From Sulfolobales archaeon (GTDB lineage: Archaea > Thermoproteota > Thermoprotei_A > Sulfolobales > NBVN01): DNA of 64,000 nt. The position numbers and the translations under genes were made by a program. This document shows positions 30,593-41,421 of this stretch, piece after piece. The notes under the pieces are model-generated. The model was given only the letters and a program-made list of their open reading frames with translations. It was not told the DNA's origin and searched no databases. The number at the start of each line of letters is the position of its first letter. Position 1 is the first letter of the stretch. The DNA lies in the NCBI GenBank assembly GCA_038841535.1, contig JAWBTQ010000001.1, positions 1 through 64,000 of the forward strand. Reading direction: 5' to 3'.

Positions 30593-30989
30593 TATGTCCG
30601 AGAAACCTACTGTGGCTTTAGTTCTCCTGCTTGTTGGGGGAACACTTATAGTTTTAGCGGGAGCTATCGGGTTATTAGTGAGTATAGAGCTCGGTATTTT
30701 AGGGAACGGGGCCGGAGTAATGCATCAATTAGTTACTCTCACATTCGGAGTACTACCTGTGTCATTCGGGGCTTTGGTTATAGTAGGAGCAGTCGTGGCA
30801 AACAGCAGTGAACTAAGTAGAGTAAAAGCAGGAGCGACATTAGGATTAGTATTCGGCACGTTGAGCCTCTTAGTAATGAGAGGTACAGGTATATATCCCC
30901 GACTACTTCTCGCAGGTCTATTGCTCTCTGTAGTCGGAGGTATAGTAGGTCTCATGTGGAAGCCTTCTCTACATCAGCAACAAGCATGA
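30593..30989 (+). CDS. Hypothetical membrane protein
   Basis: MSEKPT start, about four transmembrane segments. Confidence 0.7.
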
Positions 30990-31192
30990 TTCACCATTAC
31001 TTAACCTAGGGCAAGTGTCGCAAGCACGAGTAGTAAACCAAGTTGTTAGAAAAATAGTTGTGAATGTGTCTAGAACTCACTAAGTGCGTGAGATGTCTTT
31101 TCTCTTGACTAAGTGTAACCGATAGGTAAATACGTCTCTAGCAGTTAAATCTCTCAGCTTACAGTAGATAGCGGTTGCTGAAGCAAGTAGCT

Positions 31193-31900
31193 TTAGTGCT
31201 CTATGAGGAGGCGACCAAAGCTTAACCTATCTCTAATACCCAAAGTTCTAAGGCTTAGCCATATAGACACCGCATTGCTGGGTACTACTGGGATCTGTAG
31301 TTCTCTCTAGTACTTCGATTACTTCTAGGGTTCTAAAGTTCGTACAGTTGTTGAAGACTCCATCTACTGTTGGTCCAGCTTCTCTAGCGACTTCTCTGGC
31401 TAGCCTATACGATACCCAAGCAGGCTGCCTCCCTATCTTCGTGTTCTTACTATCCCGAGTCCCGAATTTTAACCACAACAAACCCGCCGCTCTCAAGAAA
31501 CGTCTTCTCTTCGACATTTATTTCCTCTATGTATGGAGCAGCTACCTTCCTTACCCCAGGAACGTTGAATGCTACAATTACTGCTTGCTTTGTCGTCAAT
31601 GTTTCTACGCCTATCCTGCTCCTCCTTCCCTCCGCAACTTCTCCTCCCACTCAACTCATTCTAGGAAAGACCCCTAAGTACAGTCATAAACTATTACGCT
31701 GACTTCAGCAGTAGTAAGCTCTTCGGCGGCTCTAACAGCTTCAGAAGCCAAATACCTGAGGGCACTCGTGGCCACCTCGATTAACTTAACTCTCAACGCG
31801 TGAACACTGACTCCCTCAGGAGCCATCCTCCAGAACTCGGCTCCATCGTGGTGTTAAACGACGGGACTATGAGCCCTATCCTACACCTCCACCCATACAT
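31193..31900 (-). pseudogene. Maleate cis-trans isomerase / arylmalonate decarboxylase (Asp/Glu racemase family) pseudogene
   Basis: MYGWRCRIGLIVPSFNTTMEP / EFWRMAPEGVSVH...VYDCT* / APYIEEIN / NCTNFRT are spread over different frames with internal stops. Confidence 0.85.
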
Positions 31901-32242
31901 AGGGAAATCCAAAGAAGTCGCGTAGTAAGGTTTAAAGCTACAAGTTCCTGAGAACCTTACCTTTTCTGGAGGTATCAGTTATGTAGTAATTCAAGCACTT
32001 ACGAGCTTTCAATGAATTCAGTTGAGTTACATGGGGGTTTGTAAAAGTCCACGTATTTACTTAAGTCTTTGAGAGGTTCCAGTGAAGTCCTGGTCAACGC
32101 GTTTCATGCCGCACCTAGAACTTCGCTAGCTAAACCTTATGATAGTATGTGGTAACAAGTAGTGTTCGCGTCCCCGCTTTACTCCCGTAAACAGCTAATG
32201 TGCTTATTATTAGCAAGTACTAAGATGAAGAGGGTACGCTTA

Positions 32243-33646
32243 GTGACCACTAAGGGTATTACACTTGGTGTTGAGGGACTAAGTGAGCTCATCGGAGTAG
32301 TCGAAAGTCCTTATGTCTTGCTTGTTGCCGGCAACCCCGGTGCCGGGAAGACAACGCTTGCTTCCACGATTTGCTATAAAAACGCTCTATCCGGTAAAAG
32401 GTGTCTCTATATAACATTCTATGAACAGAAAGAGAAGTTATTTAAGTACATGTCGAACCTAGGTCTGGACCTCGCAGATGCGGAATCCAAAGGGTTACTG
32501 AGGTTTACTAGGCTTTCGATCCCATCAAGTATCGATGCTTTCATTGAGGTCTTTACTTCGTTGTTGTCGGAGGAGCGATACGATGTTATAGTGATCGACT
32601 CGATTAATCCACTACTCGAGAGTTTTGGACCTCAAAGCGGTAGGGCCTGGCTCACTAACTTCTTCTACAACATAGCGCAAACTATTCAAGGATTTCTGAT
32701 ACTAGTAAGCGAGCTTCCTCACGGTTCTGAGACGACGGCGTCTGGGGTACTCGAATTTATAACTGATGCCATCGTGGTGTTGAAGCAGAAAATCGAGGAT
32801 AGGTTCTTAGTTAGATTTATGGAGATCAGGAAAGCCAGGGGGTCAAGTATATCTCTAGCAGAAGTACCGTTCTCGATTAATGCGGGTGAGGGTATCCGTG
32901 TCTGGGTCCCTCCGGTACTAAGTGAGGTATCTCCAGAAAGAGAGCCAGTAGAGCTAGTGTGCGACCTTTTAAGGAAAGCGTGGGGGAACATTAGGAAAGG
33001 GCAAGTTATCAACATATTCTATCCCCCGGACTGTAGACACCCTGCCATGGCTTTCCCAATACTTCTACCAGCTCTGATCTCTAGGCTCAAAACGTTAGTC
33101 ATTAGCTACAGGTATTCACCGCAAACCCTCGAGGACACCCTTCTCGCATCCCTTATTAGTCGTGGAGTGAGTACAGACAATATAAGAAACTTACTTAGAA
33201 AGTATGTTAAAGTAGTAAGCATTAATCCGTTTAGCTATAGCACTAGCCAGCTCGCTATCAAGGAGATGGAATTAATAAACAGTGAGAGTCCTGATGTAGT
33301 AATATTTCATGGACCTGAGATAGCGAGAGCAGCATCTGATTTAAATACGTACGTGAGAGAACTGTTCAACGAGACTAATTACTTAAAGAATAGGGGCATA
33401 CTCGTCGCGAGGTTAATAAGCTACATAGATGAAACTACCTACAGATTAGAGTCGAGCATGGCTGATATCGTTATGAAGCTTGACTACGAAGTTTTGAACG
33501 GTAAGCCGGTGCTGACTGTATACCTTTGGAGTAAGGGCGGGGACCCACACATCGTATCGTTAAACGAGCTAGAGAAGTGCGTTCTAGAGGCTTACGCCAC
33601 CATTAAAGTAGCAGATAACTCCTCGCAGAGCCCCGGAAGAGCTTAG
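32243..33646 (+). CDS. KaiC/RAD55-like ATPase, two domains, second degenerate
   Basis: GNPGAGKT, VIDS, EFITD and KARG in domain 1; no Walker A in domain 2. Start uncertain. Confidence 0.88.
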   Translation: MTTKGITLGVEGLSELIGVVESPYVLLVAGNPGAGKTTLASTICYKNALSGKRCLYITFYEQKEKLFKYMSNLGLDLADAESKGLLRFTRLSIPSSIDAFIEVFTSLLSEERYDVIVIDSINPLLESFGPQSGRAWLTNFFYNIAQTIQGFLILVSELPHGSETTASGVLEFITDAIVVLKQKIEDRFLVRFMEIRKARGSSISLAEVPFSINAGEGIRVWVPPVLSEVSPEREPVELVCDLLRKAWGNIRKGQVINIFYPPDCRHPAMAFPILLPALISRLKTLVISYRYSPQTLEDTLLASLISRGVSTDNIRNLLRKYVKVVSINPFSYSTSQLAIKEMELINSESPDVVIFHGPEIARAASDLNTYVRELFNETNYLKNRGILVARLISYIDETTYRLESSMADIVMKLDYEVLNGKPVLTVYLWSKGGDPHIVSLNELEKCVLEAYATIKVADNSSQSPGRA

Positions 33647-33748
33647 TACGAAAGTTGAGCTCATACTTTCTCTAACTGTGACTCAGACCTTCGGAGGAGG
33701 GTAGAGCTTGAGCTTAACTCCTTATTACAGTGCTTTACTAGTAAGTTT

Positions 33749-34393
33749 TTGATATCGGGGTTGAATGAGGGCATTGAGGCACCTAACTGCGCTAGATGTA
33801 GACTTAAGTCCTGCTACAAGAACCCTGAGACACCTAAACCGAGTTTTTGTCCTATGATACGTTATCGGGGTCTAGTTGAGCGTAGTATGAGTATGTATAG
33901 TGATGAAGTGAGGAGAGTCCATAGAGCTGCTTCTCTAGTAGAAAGAGAGGGCTACTGTGTTTGGCCACGGCTCCGCGAGGTCGTGGAGTTTGCCCGCAAG
34001 CTTGACGTAGAGAGGCTCGGGGTGGCGTTCTGTATCGGGTTAAGTAGTGAAGCCGAGTACGTTGTTAACTACCTCGAGAGTAGAGGATTCAAGGTATACT
34101 CAGTTTGCTGTAAATGCGGTGGTGTGGACAAGACGTGGATGGAGTTGAGGGAAGAAGATAAGCTAACTCCCGGGTCACACGAGTCCATGTGTAACCCAGT
34201 AGTTCAAGCAGAAATTCTAAACTTTGTAGGTACAGAGCTGAACATAGTCCTAGGGCTTTGCGTAGGTCACGACACGCTGTTCATAAAGTACTCAAAAGCA
34301 CCAGTAACATACCTAGCAGTTAAGGATATAGTAACAGGACACAATCCCCTAGCAGTCATTTACGTTAGCAACTACTTTAAGTTGAGGCTGTAA
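33749..34393 (+). CDS. DUF1847 metal-binding protein
   Basis: RLREVVEFA, LGVAFCIGL, VCCKCG, MCNPVVQA, GLCVGHD. Confidence 0.88.
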   Translation: MISGLNEGIEAPNCARCRLKSCYKNPETPKPSFCPMIRYRGLVERSMSMYSDEVRRVHRAASLVEREGYCVWPRLREVVEFARKLDVERLGVAFCIGLSSEAEYVVNYLESRGFKVYSVCCKCGGVDKTWMELREEDKLTPGSHESMCNPVVQAEILNFVGTELNIVLGLCVGHDTLFIKYSKAPVTYLAVKDIVTGHNPLAVIYVSNYFKLRL

Positions 34394-34652
34394 GGGTGGG
34401 AACTCGCTATACAGCACCATAGACCACTATCTCTTTTAAAAATCCTGCCGTAGTGTGAAGTAGTCTAGAAGTCCGAGTAAAGTTATCTAGAGCAATGTCA
34501 CTTAAATTCTACATGTAAAGAATGTATGAGCACGAATTACAGACTACAGACTTCGAAATCAAAGCTTACTTTATAACTGCGTCACACTAAAACGGTCTAT
34601 AGAGGTTTAACTTGTCTCTACTTTTCGTGATTCGCTGAAGTTTTAAGTAGAG

Positions 34653-35612
34653 CTAGTTGTGGAAGTCCCTGATGATAAAATCTTCGTTTCCGTAAGTAAC
34701 TATGCGGATTTCTCCCTCTTTTCTCAGCTTTTCTATTAATGCCAGCGGGTTCTCAACGGTTCTCTCTAAAGCTTTAACTGCGTAACTAAGTCTTAATGGA
34801 TGTACTGAGACAAGGTTTAACAGCCACATCTCAGGGTCTCCGTAAACTCTGTACCCGGAGGGCTCTGGGAGATTTAGTAGTTCCACCCTATCCTCACCGA
34901 GTGTTTTAGTAAATATCTCATATGCCTCTACTATCTTATTCAGTTGTGGAGGTCTAGCGTAATCCTCGGCGGGAGGTCTCACTGGTACCGCTATGTAGGC
35001 CTTTACAGGGTTGATCTTCTTAATGTAACTCGAGACTTGCTCTAGCTCTTCCGCGTTCGTGTTAAATCCCTCTATGAGCATAGTCTCAGTCACAAGCCTC
35101 CCCTTAAAGCTCTTCGCGAACTCCTCTATTCCAGCCAGAACGTTCTCTAGCTTTAAATTAGGATGCGGCCTGTTCACTACTCTCCAGGTTCTACAGAGTA
35201 CACTGTCAATCTTGATTGACACCAAGTCCGCATAAGCTATATCCACTCTGGCTTCCTCTAGATGGAGCAGGGACGAGTTCGTAATTACTGCTACAGGCTT
35301 ACTAGTTACTTCCTTTATTCCACCGATAATCTCCCCAATACGCATATCGAGCAGTGGCTCTCCGTCCGGAACGAAGGTAACGTAGTCTACTTCATTAGTG
35401 AATCTATCGATAAACGTGCGTACTTCGTTAACGACGTGCCTTACCTCGAAGAAGGGTCTTCTCTCTATAGTTAGGTCTGTAGTCCTCCCCAGCTGGCAGT
35501 ATATACAGGAATAGCTGCAGGTCTTATAGGGAACGTTGTTTACTCCTAAGCTAATGCCTAATCTCCTAGAGCGGACAGGTCCAAAGACATACTTTAATCT
35601 CCGGAAATTCAC
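34653..35612 (-). CDS. Radical SAM Fe-S oxidoreductase (COG0731-like)
   Basis: FGPVRSRRLGISLG, CSYSCIYC, DGEP. Confidence 0.9.
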   Translation of the reverse strand: MNFRRLKYVFGPVRSRRLGISLGVNNVPYKTCSYSCIYCQLGRTTDLTIERRPFFEVRHVVNEVRTFIDRFTNEVDYVTFVPDGEPLLDMRIGEIIGGIKEVTSKPVAVITNSSLLHLEEARVDIAYADLVSIKIDSVLCRTWRVVNRPHPNLKLENVLAGIEEFAKSFKGRLVTETMLIEGFNTNAEELEQVSSYIKKINPVKAYIAVPVRPPAEDYARPPQLNKIVEAYEIFTKTLGEDRVELLNLPEPSGYRVYGDPEMWLLNLVSVHPLRLSYAVKALERTVENPLALIEKLRKEGEIRIVTYGNEDFIIRDFHN

Positions 35613-36014
35613 GAAGAATTCTCACCCGATACTTACATGTACTCTAGGACCAGTTCTACTAAACATGCTACAGATTTATCCGCAAGCTCCTCGGCGTATT
35701 TCCCAGCACTTATCAACCTGAGAGTCCTGTATGCGGTGTGAGCACGTAATACGCTTGAGGCTGGTCCTAAAGGTCTCTCAGTAAGCATCCTGAGGCTCTC
35801 CCAATTAATCTATTTTAGCTATTATACTTAAGCAACAATCTCGGTTCCACTCTGGTAGGCAAGTCGTTAAAGCTATACGTGCTCAAGCGGTGTTCTTAAC
35901 TCCTTTAGACGCATTGAGTCTCTAAAGTTTACGGAATCGCGCATAGATGTTTTACTTCAAAGAGCTACCAAGGGCTGTCGGCATTATGAAGTTACTGAGG
36001 GTTGAGTAAAGTCT

Positions 36015-37058
36015 CTACTTTCCTTTATACCCCATAAGCTTCTTTTCCCAAGTTCTCCACGCTCTATAGAGCTCGTCTTCAACGTATACGTCGCCGAGTT
36101 TTTCTATGAACCCGTTCTCTCTATTCACTACAACTAGGCTCTCAGATCTATCTCCTACGTAGCCTATTACACTAGCTTCTATACCAGCTTTTTTCAATAT
36201 TTCAACTGCTTCTTCAGCTGCTTGAGGCGGGACTGTAGCTATGAGTGTCCCAGAACTTATGAGCTTCATCGGATCGAGCCTCAGGGCCGACACTATAGCC
36301 AGAGTTTCTTCCCCTACACTCACTTTCTCCTCTTGAACGTACAGGGTCTTACCAGATGCGTAAGCTATCTCAGCAAGCCCACCGAGTAATCCACCTTCAG
36401 TTGGATCGTGCATTGAGGTAACTAGTCCGGCTTCAGCAAGAAGTAGAGCTTCTCTAACAACACTCACTCTCCTAATGAACTCGATACCTCGCTGAATAAC
36501 GCTTCTAGGAACACCTAAATCTAGGAGGACCTCTCGAAAGTCTGAAGATAGTATGGCAGTACCTTCGATAGCAGCTGTCTTAGTCATGATTATAGCGTCA
36601 CCTACTCTAGCGCCTCCAGTAGTTACGTATCTACCCTTCTCAGCTATTCCTATAGCAGTCATCGATATCAGGGGTCTAGAGAGGCCTGGTGTAACCTCTG
36701 AGTGCCCTCCGATAATAGCTACACCGACTTCCTTAGCTGCTTTGTCTATCTGGCTAGTTATCTCGTCTACTAACTCCTCAGTAGTATTCTCAGGCAAGTA
36801 GAGAACAGAGAGAAGCCATCGAGGCTTTACTCCCCTTACCGCGATATCATTGCAGGAAATATGAACAGCTAGCCAGCCAAGGAACTCAACAGCTCCTGTA
36901 ATAGGGTCTACGTGTGTTACTAAAACCCGCCCACCACCGATGTCAACGATAGCGGCGTCTTCACCAATTGAGGGACCGACGAGGACGGAAGGATCCCTAA
37001 CACCGACTCTACTAATAACGTACTTCAACAGCATCCTAGGCGGTAGTTTTCCAGCCAC
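36015..37058 (-). CDS. AIR synthase-related (HypE/PurM-like) protein
   Basis: GKLP, GEDAA, DPITG, CNDIA, GGHSE, MHDPTEGG. Confidence 0.9.
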   Translation of the reverse strand: MAGKLPPRMLLKYVISRVGVRDPSVLVGPSIGEDAAIVDIGGGRVLVTHVDPITGAVEFLGWLAVHISCNDIAVRGVKPRWLLSVLYLPENTTEELVDEITSQIDKAAKEVGVAIIGGHSEVTPGLSRPLISMTAIGIAEKGRYVTTGGARVGDAIIMTKTAAIEGTAILSSDFREVLLDLGVPRSVIQRGIEFIRRVSVVREALLLAEAGLVTSMHDPTEGGLLGGLAEIAYASGKTLYVQEEKVSVGEETLAIVSALRLDPMKLISSGTLIATVPPQAAEEAVEILKKAGIEASVIGYVGDRSESLVVVNRENGFIEKLGDVYVEDELYRAWRTWEKKLMGYKGK

Positions 37059-37177
37059 ACTTAAACACCGAGTAAGGACGGTGTTATAAGAAAAAGAGCT
37101 CGCTGAACTGTACCAGAATAAGAAAAAGAGTACTTAAATCAACCGCTACCGCACATATCGATTAACAAGAGTCCGGG

Positions 37178-37488
37178 CCTCTCGCAACTGTTTGTGTTTC
37201 TTATCGGTTCATATCGGTTGGTGCTATTCCTCCTACGATTAATGCGTAAACCTCTTTTCCGCGGTCTAGCGGAAACGTTCATAAGTATCTCTACATAGGT
37301 TAGTGAGTGGAGACTCCCCGATGAGGGGTTGAGAGCTCCCTAGGGGCTCTCCCCGAGATACTCAAGATGCGGGGCGCCCGTGGTCGCCCTAAACCCCCTA
37401 AGCCCTATGAAGACCCGAGCGGAGTGCGGGGGAACCAGGATAATGCAATGAATTCAACCAATATAAACTAACATAAGAGCTGAACCCC
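37178..37488 (+). mobile_element. Miniature IS607/tnpB-derived element, copy 3, family A (longer left arm)
   Basis: GCCTCTCGCAACTGTTTG left end, GAAACGTTCATAAGTA promoter, the same GATGAGGGGTTGAGAGC hairpin, GAGCTGAACCCC right end. Confidence 0.78.
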
Positions 37489-37551
37489 AAAGAGCTACCT
37501 TAGCTGATACCCGACGCTACTTGATGTCTCAAAGAGCTACGCATACTCAGC

Positions 37552-38754
37552 TTAAACTACCTGCTTCAGTGTTGAGTCCACCTCATCAGAGAACTCTTCT
37601 TGGTACGTAATTATCGCTCTATCTCCAGGGTTTAAAGTCATTCCTCTCGCTAGTGGGTAGGCAATCCAGGCATCACCCGACCTAACTGCTAGCACACTCC
37701 CGCCGTACTTCCTTAAGTGCTGACCCAGCTCGGTTATGTTCAGCTGCTTTGTGATTGTGACAGTTCTAACCCTCTCCCCCAGGCTCTCGAATACATTGCT
37801 GAAGAGCTCTCTATAGTCCTTGGGGAACTCTTCTTGAAGGCTCGGTATGCTGCCTATGGTAGTACTGGCGTCAGCTATGTCCTCGAGTTCCTTTAAGAGA
37901 GTAGCTAACCCTATAAAGGTATCTGGGTCTATAGAGCCAGCAGTATTCTTTAGTAAGTCCATGGTCTCCATATGCTTCCAGTCTATGTATATCTCAAGAT
38001 CGTTTATCTCCTCCTTTAGCTCTGGAGTGTGCTCTACTAGTACGTAGTGAGCTAGGTCTAGCATCAGAACAGTACAGTCCTTAATGTTCACTAAGCTCTT
38101 AACTACGTCCTCTAGCTCTCTAACACCGATGATCTCCAACCTGTACTCTACACCGTAGTCGTTAAGTAGGTGTAGAACGTTCTCTTTAAATCCCCTTAAG
38201 TACATCAAGGAGCCTTTTTTAATCACCTCGGTTTGCTTAGGCATGAACCTGTACTCACCGCCTTCAATTACTGCTAGGACGTCCACTGGGTACTTATCCG
38301 TTAAGTCTAGTACTTTAAAGTCTTCCTTAGCCGGTAGCCTAGCAACGACTTCTCCGTCTGCGTAGTGTATAACCTGGTTGTAGCTAATCCCGGGAGACCT
38401 ACCGACTAAGAGTGTATAGACTATGTCTTTCACCGAGTCCGAGATCGTGTCTACCGAAGAACCGTAGTAAAACGAGAGTAAGCTAGCGTACCCTCCTTTC
38501 CTAGACTTCCCGAAAGCCATTGCGTTGTGCATCACGAAGTGACCTACGCTCTCGCTGACGAGTCTGTCGAGGTCGAGTATCTTCATAGCTAGTTCGTAGT
38601 CTCTCGCGAAGTAGGCATAGAAGGCTAGATCTATAGCTATGTTCGTCATCTTCCAGATACCTTCGAGTACGTTTCTAACCGTGTCAGGTCTGTACCTGAC
38701 GACAGGAGGACTCCGGTGGAATCTTCTGTGTACTTCGGGAGTGAGTCTGGACAA
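37552..38754 (-). CDS. PhoU/TrkA-C domain protein
   Basis: Two PhoU-like helical repeats (IDLAFYA, MLDLAHY, LEDIADA) alternating with TrkA-C-like segments. Confidence 0.78.
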   Translation of the reverse strand: MSRLTPEVHRRFHRSPPVVRYRPDTVRNVLEGIWKMTNIAIDLAFYAYFARDYELAMKILDLDRLVSESVGHFVMHNAMAFGKSRKGGYASLLSFYYGSSVDTISDSVKDIVYTLLVGRSPGISYNQVIHYADGEVVARLPAKEDFKVLDLTDKYPVDVLAVIEGGEYRFMPKQTEVIKKGSLMYLRGFKENVLHLLNDYGVEYRLEIIGVRELEDVVKSLVNIKDCTVLMLDLAHYVLVEHTPELKEEINDLEIYIDWKHMETMDLLKNTAGSIDPDTFIGLATLLKELEDIADASTTIGSIPSLQEEFPKDYRELFSNVFESLGERVRTVTITKQLNITELGQHLRKYGGSVLAVRSGDAWIAYPLARGMTLNPGDRAIITYQEEFSDEVDSTLKQVV

Positions 38755-38863
38755 TACACCATCCTCATTAATAACTAGTGTTACAGGTTTTAAACGTAGT
38801 GAGTGAGCTTATTTAACTATTCACTTACTCGATAGAAGGAGTAGGTGGAGGAAAATTGCCAGG

Positions 38864-40000
38864 TTGAGAGAATTCATAGTATCTCTGGTTACGCTGGCGC
38901 TCATCGAGGTTTTCGCCGGGCTATCACTAAAGTTCAATGTCGAGCTACTTGTCGCATACTCTGTCGTACTGATCCTAATACCGGGGCTCATGGACTTAAG
39001 GGGGGATGTTTACGGTGCTATAGGTTACCGCTTCACTAAAGGGCTTCACTTAGGCCTCACTCAACCGAAGTTACTGAATAGGTTCAACTTAATTAACGCT
39101 TCGACAGGCTACGTAAACTCGATTGTAGTGACGTTCCTCCTGTGCTTAATCGGTGTGGGGCTATCTCTAGTGAGTAAGTTGAGCATGCCGGACTTCCTAT
39201 CCCTAATCTTCATAGCCTCATTCTCAACTGTCTCAGTATTCGTTGTACTGACACCAGTTATACTGGCTGTAATCGCCTACATGTTTAAGCTCGGTCACGA
39301 CCCCTCACCCTTCGTGGCAACGGTTGTTACAGGTATCGGAGACGTTATGACTCCTGTAGTCTTGATAGGTGTTGCCTACATGCACGAGCTGTTCCCCTAC
39401 TTCCTCAAAGCTCTATTCGTACTGGCCTCCCTAGGTTTGACGGTAGCACTAACAGCATACATGGTTAGAGTCGGAGAGTTAAAGAACCTCATCGAGAACC
39501 TCGTTTCGTCGACACTAGCGTCTACTGGGAGTAGTCTCGGAGGCTTCTACCTAGCTCTGTCGGTGGGTTTCATCGCCGAGAACCCGGAGATTCTGGGAGT
39601 AATACCAGCCTTTAACGCAGTAATAGGGGCCGCAATGGGCTACCTCAGCAACTCCCTTAACGTAGACTTACACATAGGTACAGACAGATATAGGAATACT
39701 TACTACAGAAACTCTGTTGCGGGACTTATGGCGACACACGCATCAGTACTAACGGCGTTAGCTGCTGTCACTATCTTCTCCAAAAGCGCTCTATCGAGGG
39801 CTCTAACCATCGCCCTCGGTGTAGCTCTATCCTGCTTAATACTGTATTTGGTATCAACTCTAATAACGTACTTACTGACAGTGGTATCGTTCCACCACGG
39901 CTGGGACCCTGATAACTTAGTCTTTCCAGTAATGACTACGTTTGTAGACCTCATGGGGCCTGTAATACTCACTGTTATAGCCATCCACCTACTGCCCTGA
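38864..40000 (+). CDS. MgtE/SLC41-family divalent cation transporter
   Basis: IPGLMDLRGDV, GHDP..VTGIGD, GWDPDNLVFPVMTTFVD. Confidence 0.88.
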   Translation: MREFIVSLVTLALIEVFAGLSLKFNVELLVAYSVVLILIPGLMDLRGDVYGAIGYRFTKGLHLGLTQPKLLNRFNLINASTGYVNSIVVTFLLCLIGVGLSLVSKLSMPDFLSLIFIASFSTVSVFVVLTPVILAVIAYMFKLGHDPSPFVATVVTGIGDVMTPVVLIGVAYMHELFPYFLKALFVLASLGLTVALTAYMVRVGELKNLIENLVSSTLASTGSSLGGFYLALSVGFIAENPEILGVIPAFNAVIGAAMGYLSNSLNVDLHIGTDRYRNTYYRNSVAGLMATHASVLTALAAVTIFSKSALSRALTIALGVALSCLILYLVSTLITYLLTVVSFHHGWDPDNLVFPVMTTFVDLMGPVILTVIAIHLLP

Positions 40001-40253
40001 AGCTGAGGCAGGTTACTAAGATCACTTGATCTCTTCAACTAGAACTATAGAGAGTATGTACTTAAGGAGCTTCCTAGATCAAAGGACACTCGATCTATTA
40101 TGTGTATTCCTCTCTAAACCAACTATACAAAAAGTTGCTGAACGTGCTTTCCGCAATATCTTTCCACAATAATAGGTTAGTCGTTAAAGCAAAGGATGTA
40201 TGAGGTGCTATGTAATCTGTGGGCAGGGATTTAGTAGAGAAGAGAACTTGGGT

Positions 40254-40325
40254 TTACTCGAAGTTCGCCTTGAGAACTCTAATAACGTTTTCGTATGCTA
40301 CTTTTCTAAGGTCCCCTTCTGAGAA
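40254..40325 (-). pseudogene. C-terminal remnant of an amidohydrolase/membrane dipeptidase (M19-like) abutting the tnpB right end
   Basis: FSEGDLRKVAYENVIRVLKANFE* resembles the S-E-x-D/E-I-x-K-I-x-x-x-N-x-x-R-V terminal helix of M19-type amidohydrolases. Confidence 0.55.
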
Positions 40326-41421
40326 CCGTTTCCAGCCCCAAGTTTTTGTAGGTTTTTCTAGGACGGGTTGTGCCTCAGCCCTGCGGTTCACTGTGGCTAC
40401 TAGCCACTCTACGCGGGGGTCATGGGCACCGTTCGAGCCCAACGGCACGGGGCTCACATCCAGTTTTAGGGCTATGTTCCATGCTCCTATTACGTCTCTG
40501 TCGTGTGTGAATCCGCATTTGCCGCATTTTACGGGTCTGGGGCTCCAGCCTCTCCTCTGGGCATTGCCCGTCATTGGAGACAGGCTGGAGCCGTACAGGA
40601 CACTTCCTGGATGTGTTCCTCGGATCTACGAACTCTACTCTTACACCGTGTTCTACTGCTTTCTCTACTAACTGCTTCTGGATCCCTCTGATGACTGATT
40701 GTTTGAGTCTATGGGCATCTAGTGGTCTTAATCTTAATCCATTCTTCTCCAGTGCTCTATCCTGGAACCTCTTGGGAAGCTTCTCCAGAACAACAACAGC
40801 TCTTTCCTCCTTAGCTACCTTAACCAGGAAAGATGCAACCTTGCTCCTCAAGTCTCTTTTGGCATGCTCCTCTCGTAGCTTCCTCAAAGCTATCCTGAGA
40901 GACCTCGTGTTGTTTCCGTACCTCTCCTGGATAGCTCTTCTCCTGTAGGCATAGCCTAGAACTATTTTGCTGTGGTTGGTTACTATTGTTATTGCTTTGT
41001 TGCCGGGGAGTATGAAGAGAGTTACGTTGTTCTCGTTAATATCCACACCGATAACCTTGCTGTACTTCTCCCCTTGCTCAGCACTCCTGGAGAACACTAC
41101 GTAGAGCTTGAGCTTCCCATTCTCAAGCTTCCACCTACAAGAGCTTCTGAGAACCCACCCAGTGTTGTAGTACATGTAGAACTGCTTGTGGAGAAGCAAA
41201 GGTATGTTCACCCACCTCACGTGGGTTTCTACCGAGACTCCCTGGAGAGCAAGCTTCCACATCTGGTTATCGCAACCGACATTCCACTGCTTAACCTCCG
41301 GCTTGTCCGTGAAAGCAAGACCCTTCTTCAGCTTGAGGAAGGACTTCAGCCTAGCAGATGCATCACGTACTGCTTCGATTTCTGTTAACATAATAGCCCT
41401 GGTCCATGCCTTCCCAACCAA
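40326..41421 (-). pseudogene. tnpB: TnpB (RNA-guided RuvC nuclease), 5'-truncated and frameshifted, with 3' omegaRNA/right-end region
   Basis: RuvC motifs VIGVDINE, VVLEKL and HDRDVIGAWNI. Zinc finger broken (TGT CCT GTA C GGC; restoring 2 nt gives CPVCG). N-terminus appears truncated. Confidence 0.9.

Noticed and set aside
35958-37540. Cassette-3 flank CAAAGAGCTAC(C) recurs at 35958 (12 nt) and 37530 (11 nt), as possible self-targets
   Set aside because: The matches are short, their 5' neighbours differ and lack the GCC expected from insertion sites; chance or local duplication is sufficient.
40574-40600. Programmed frameshift in tnpB
   Set aside because: No slippery sequence, and a shift would still omit the second zinc-finger Cys; a 2-nt deletion explains it.
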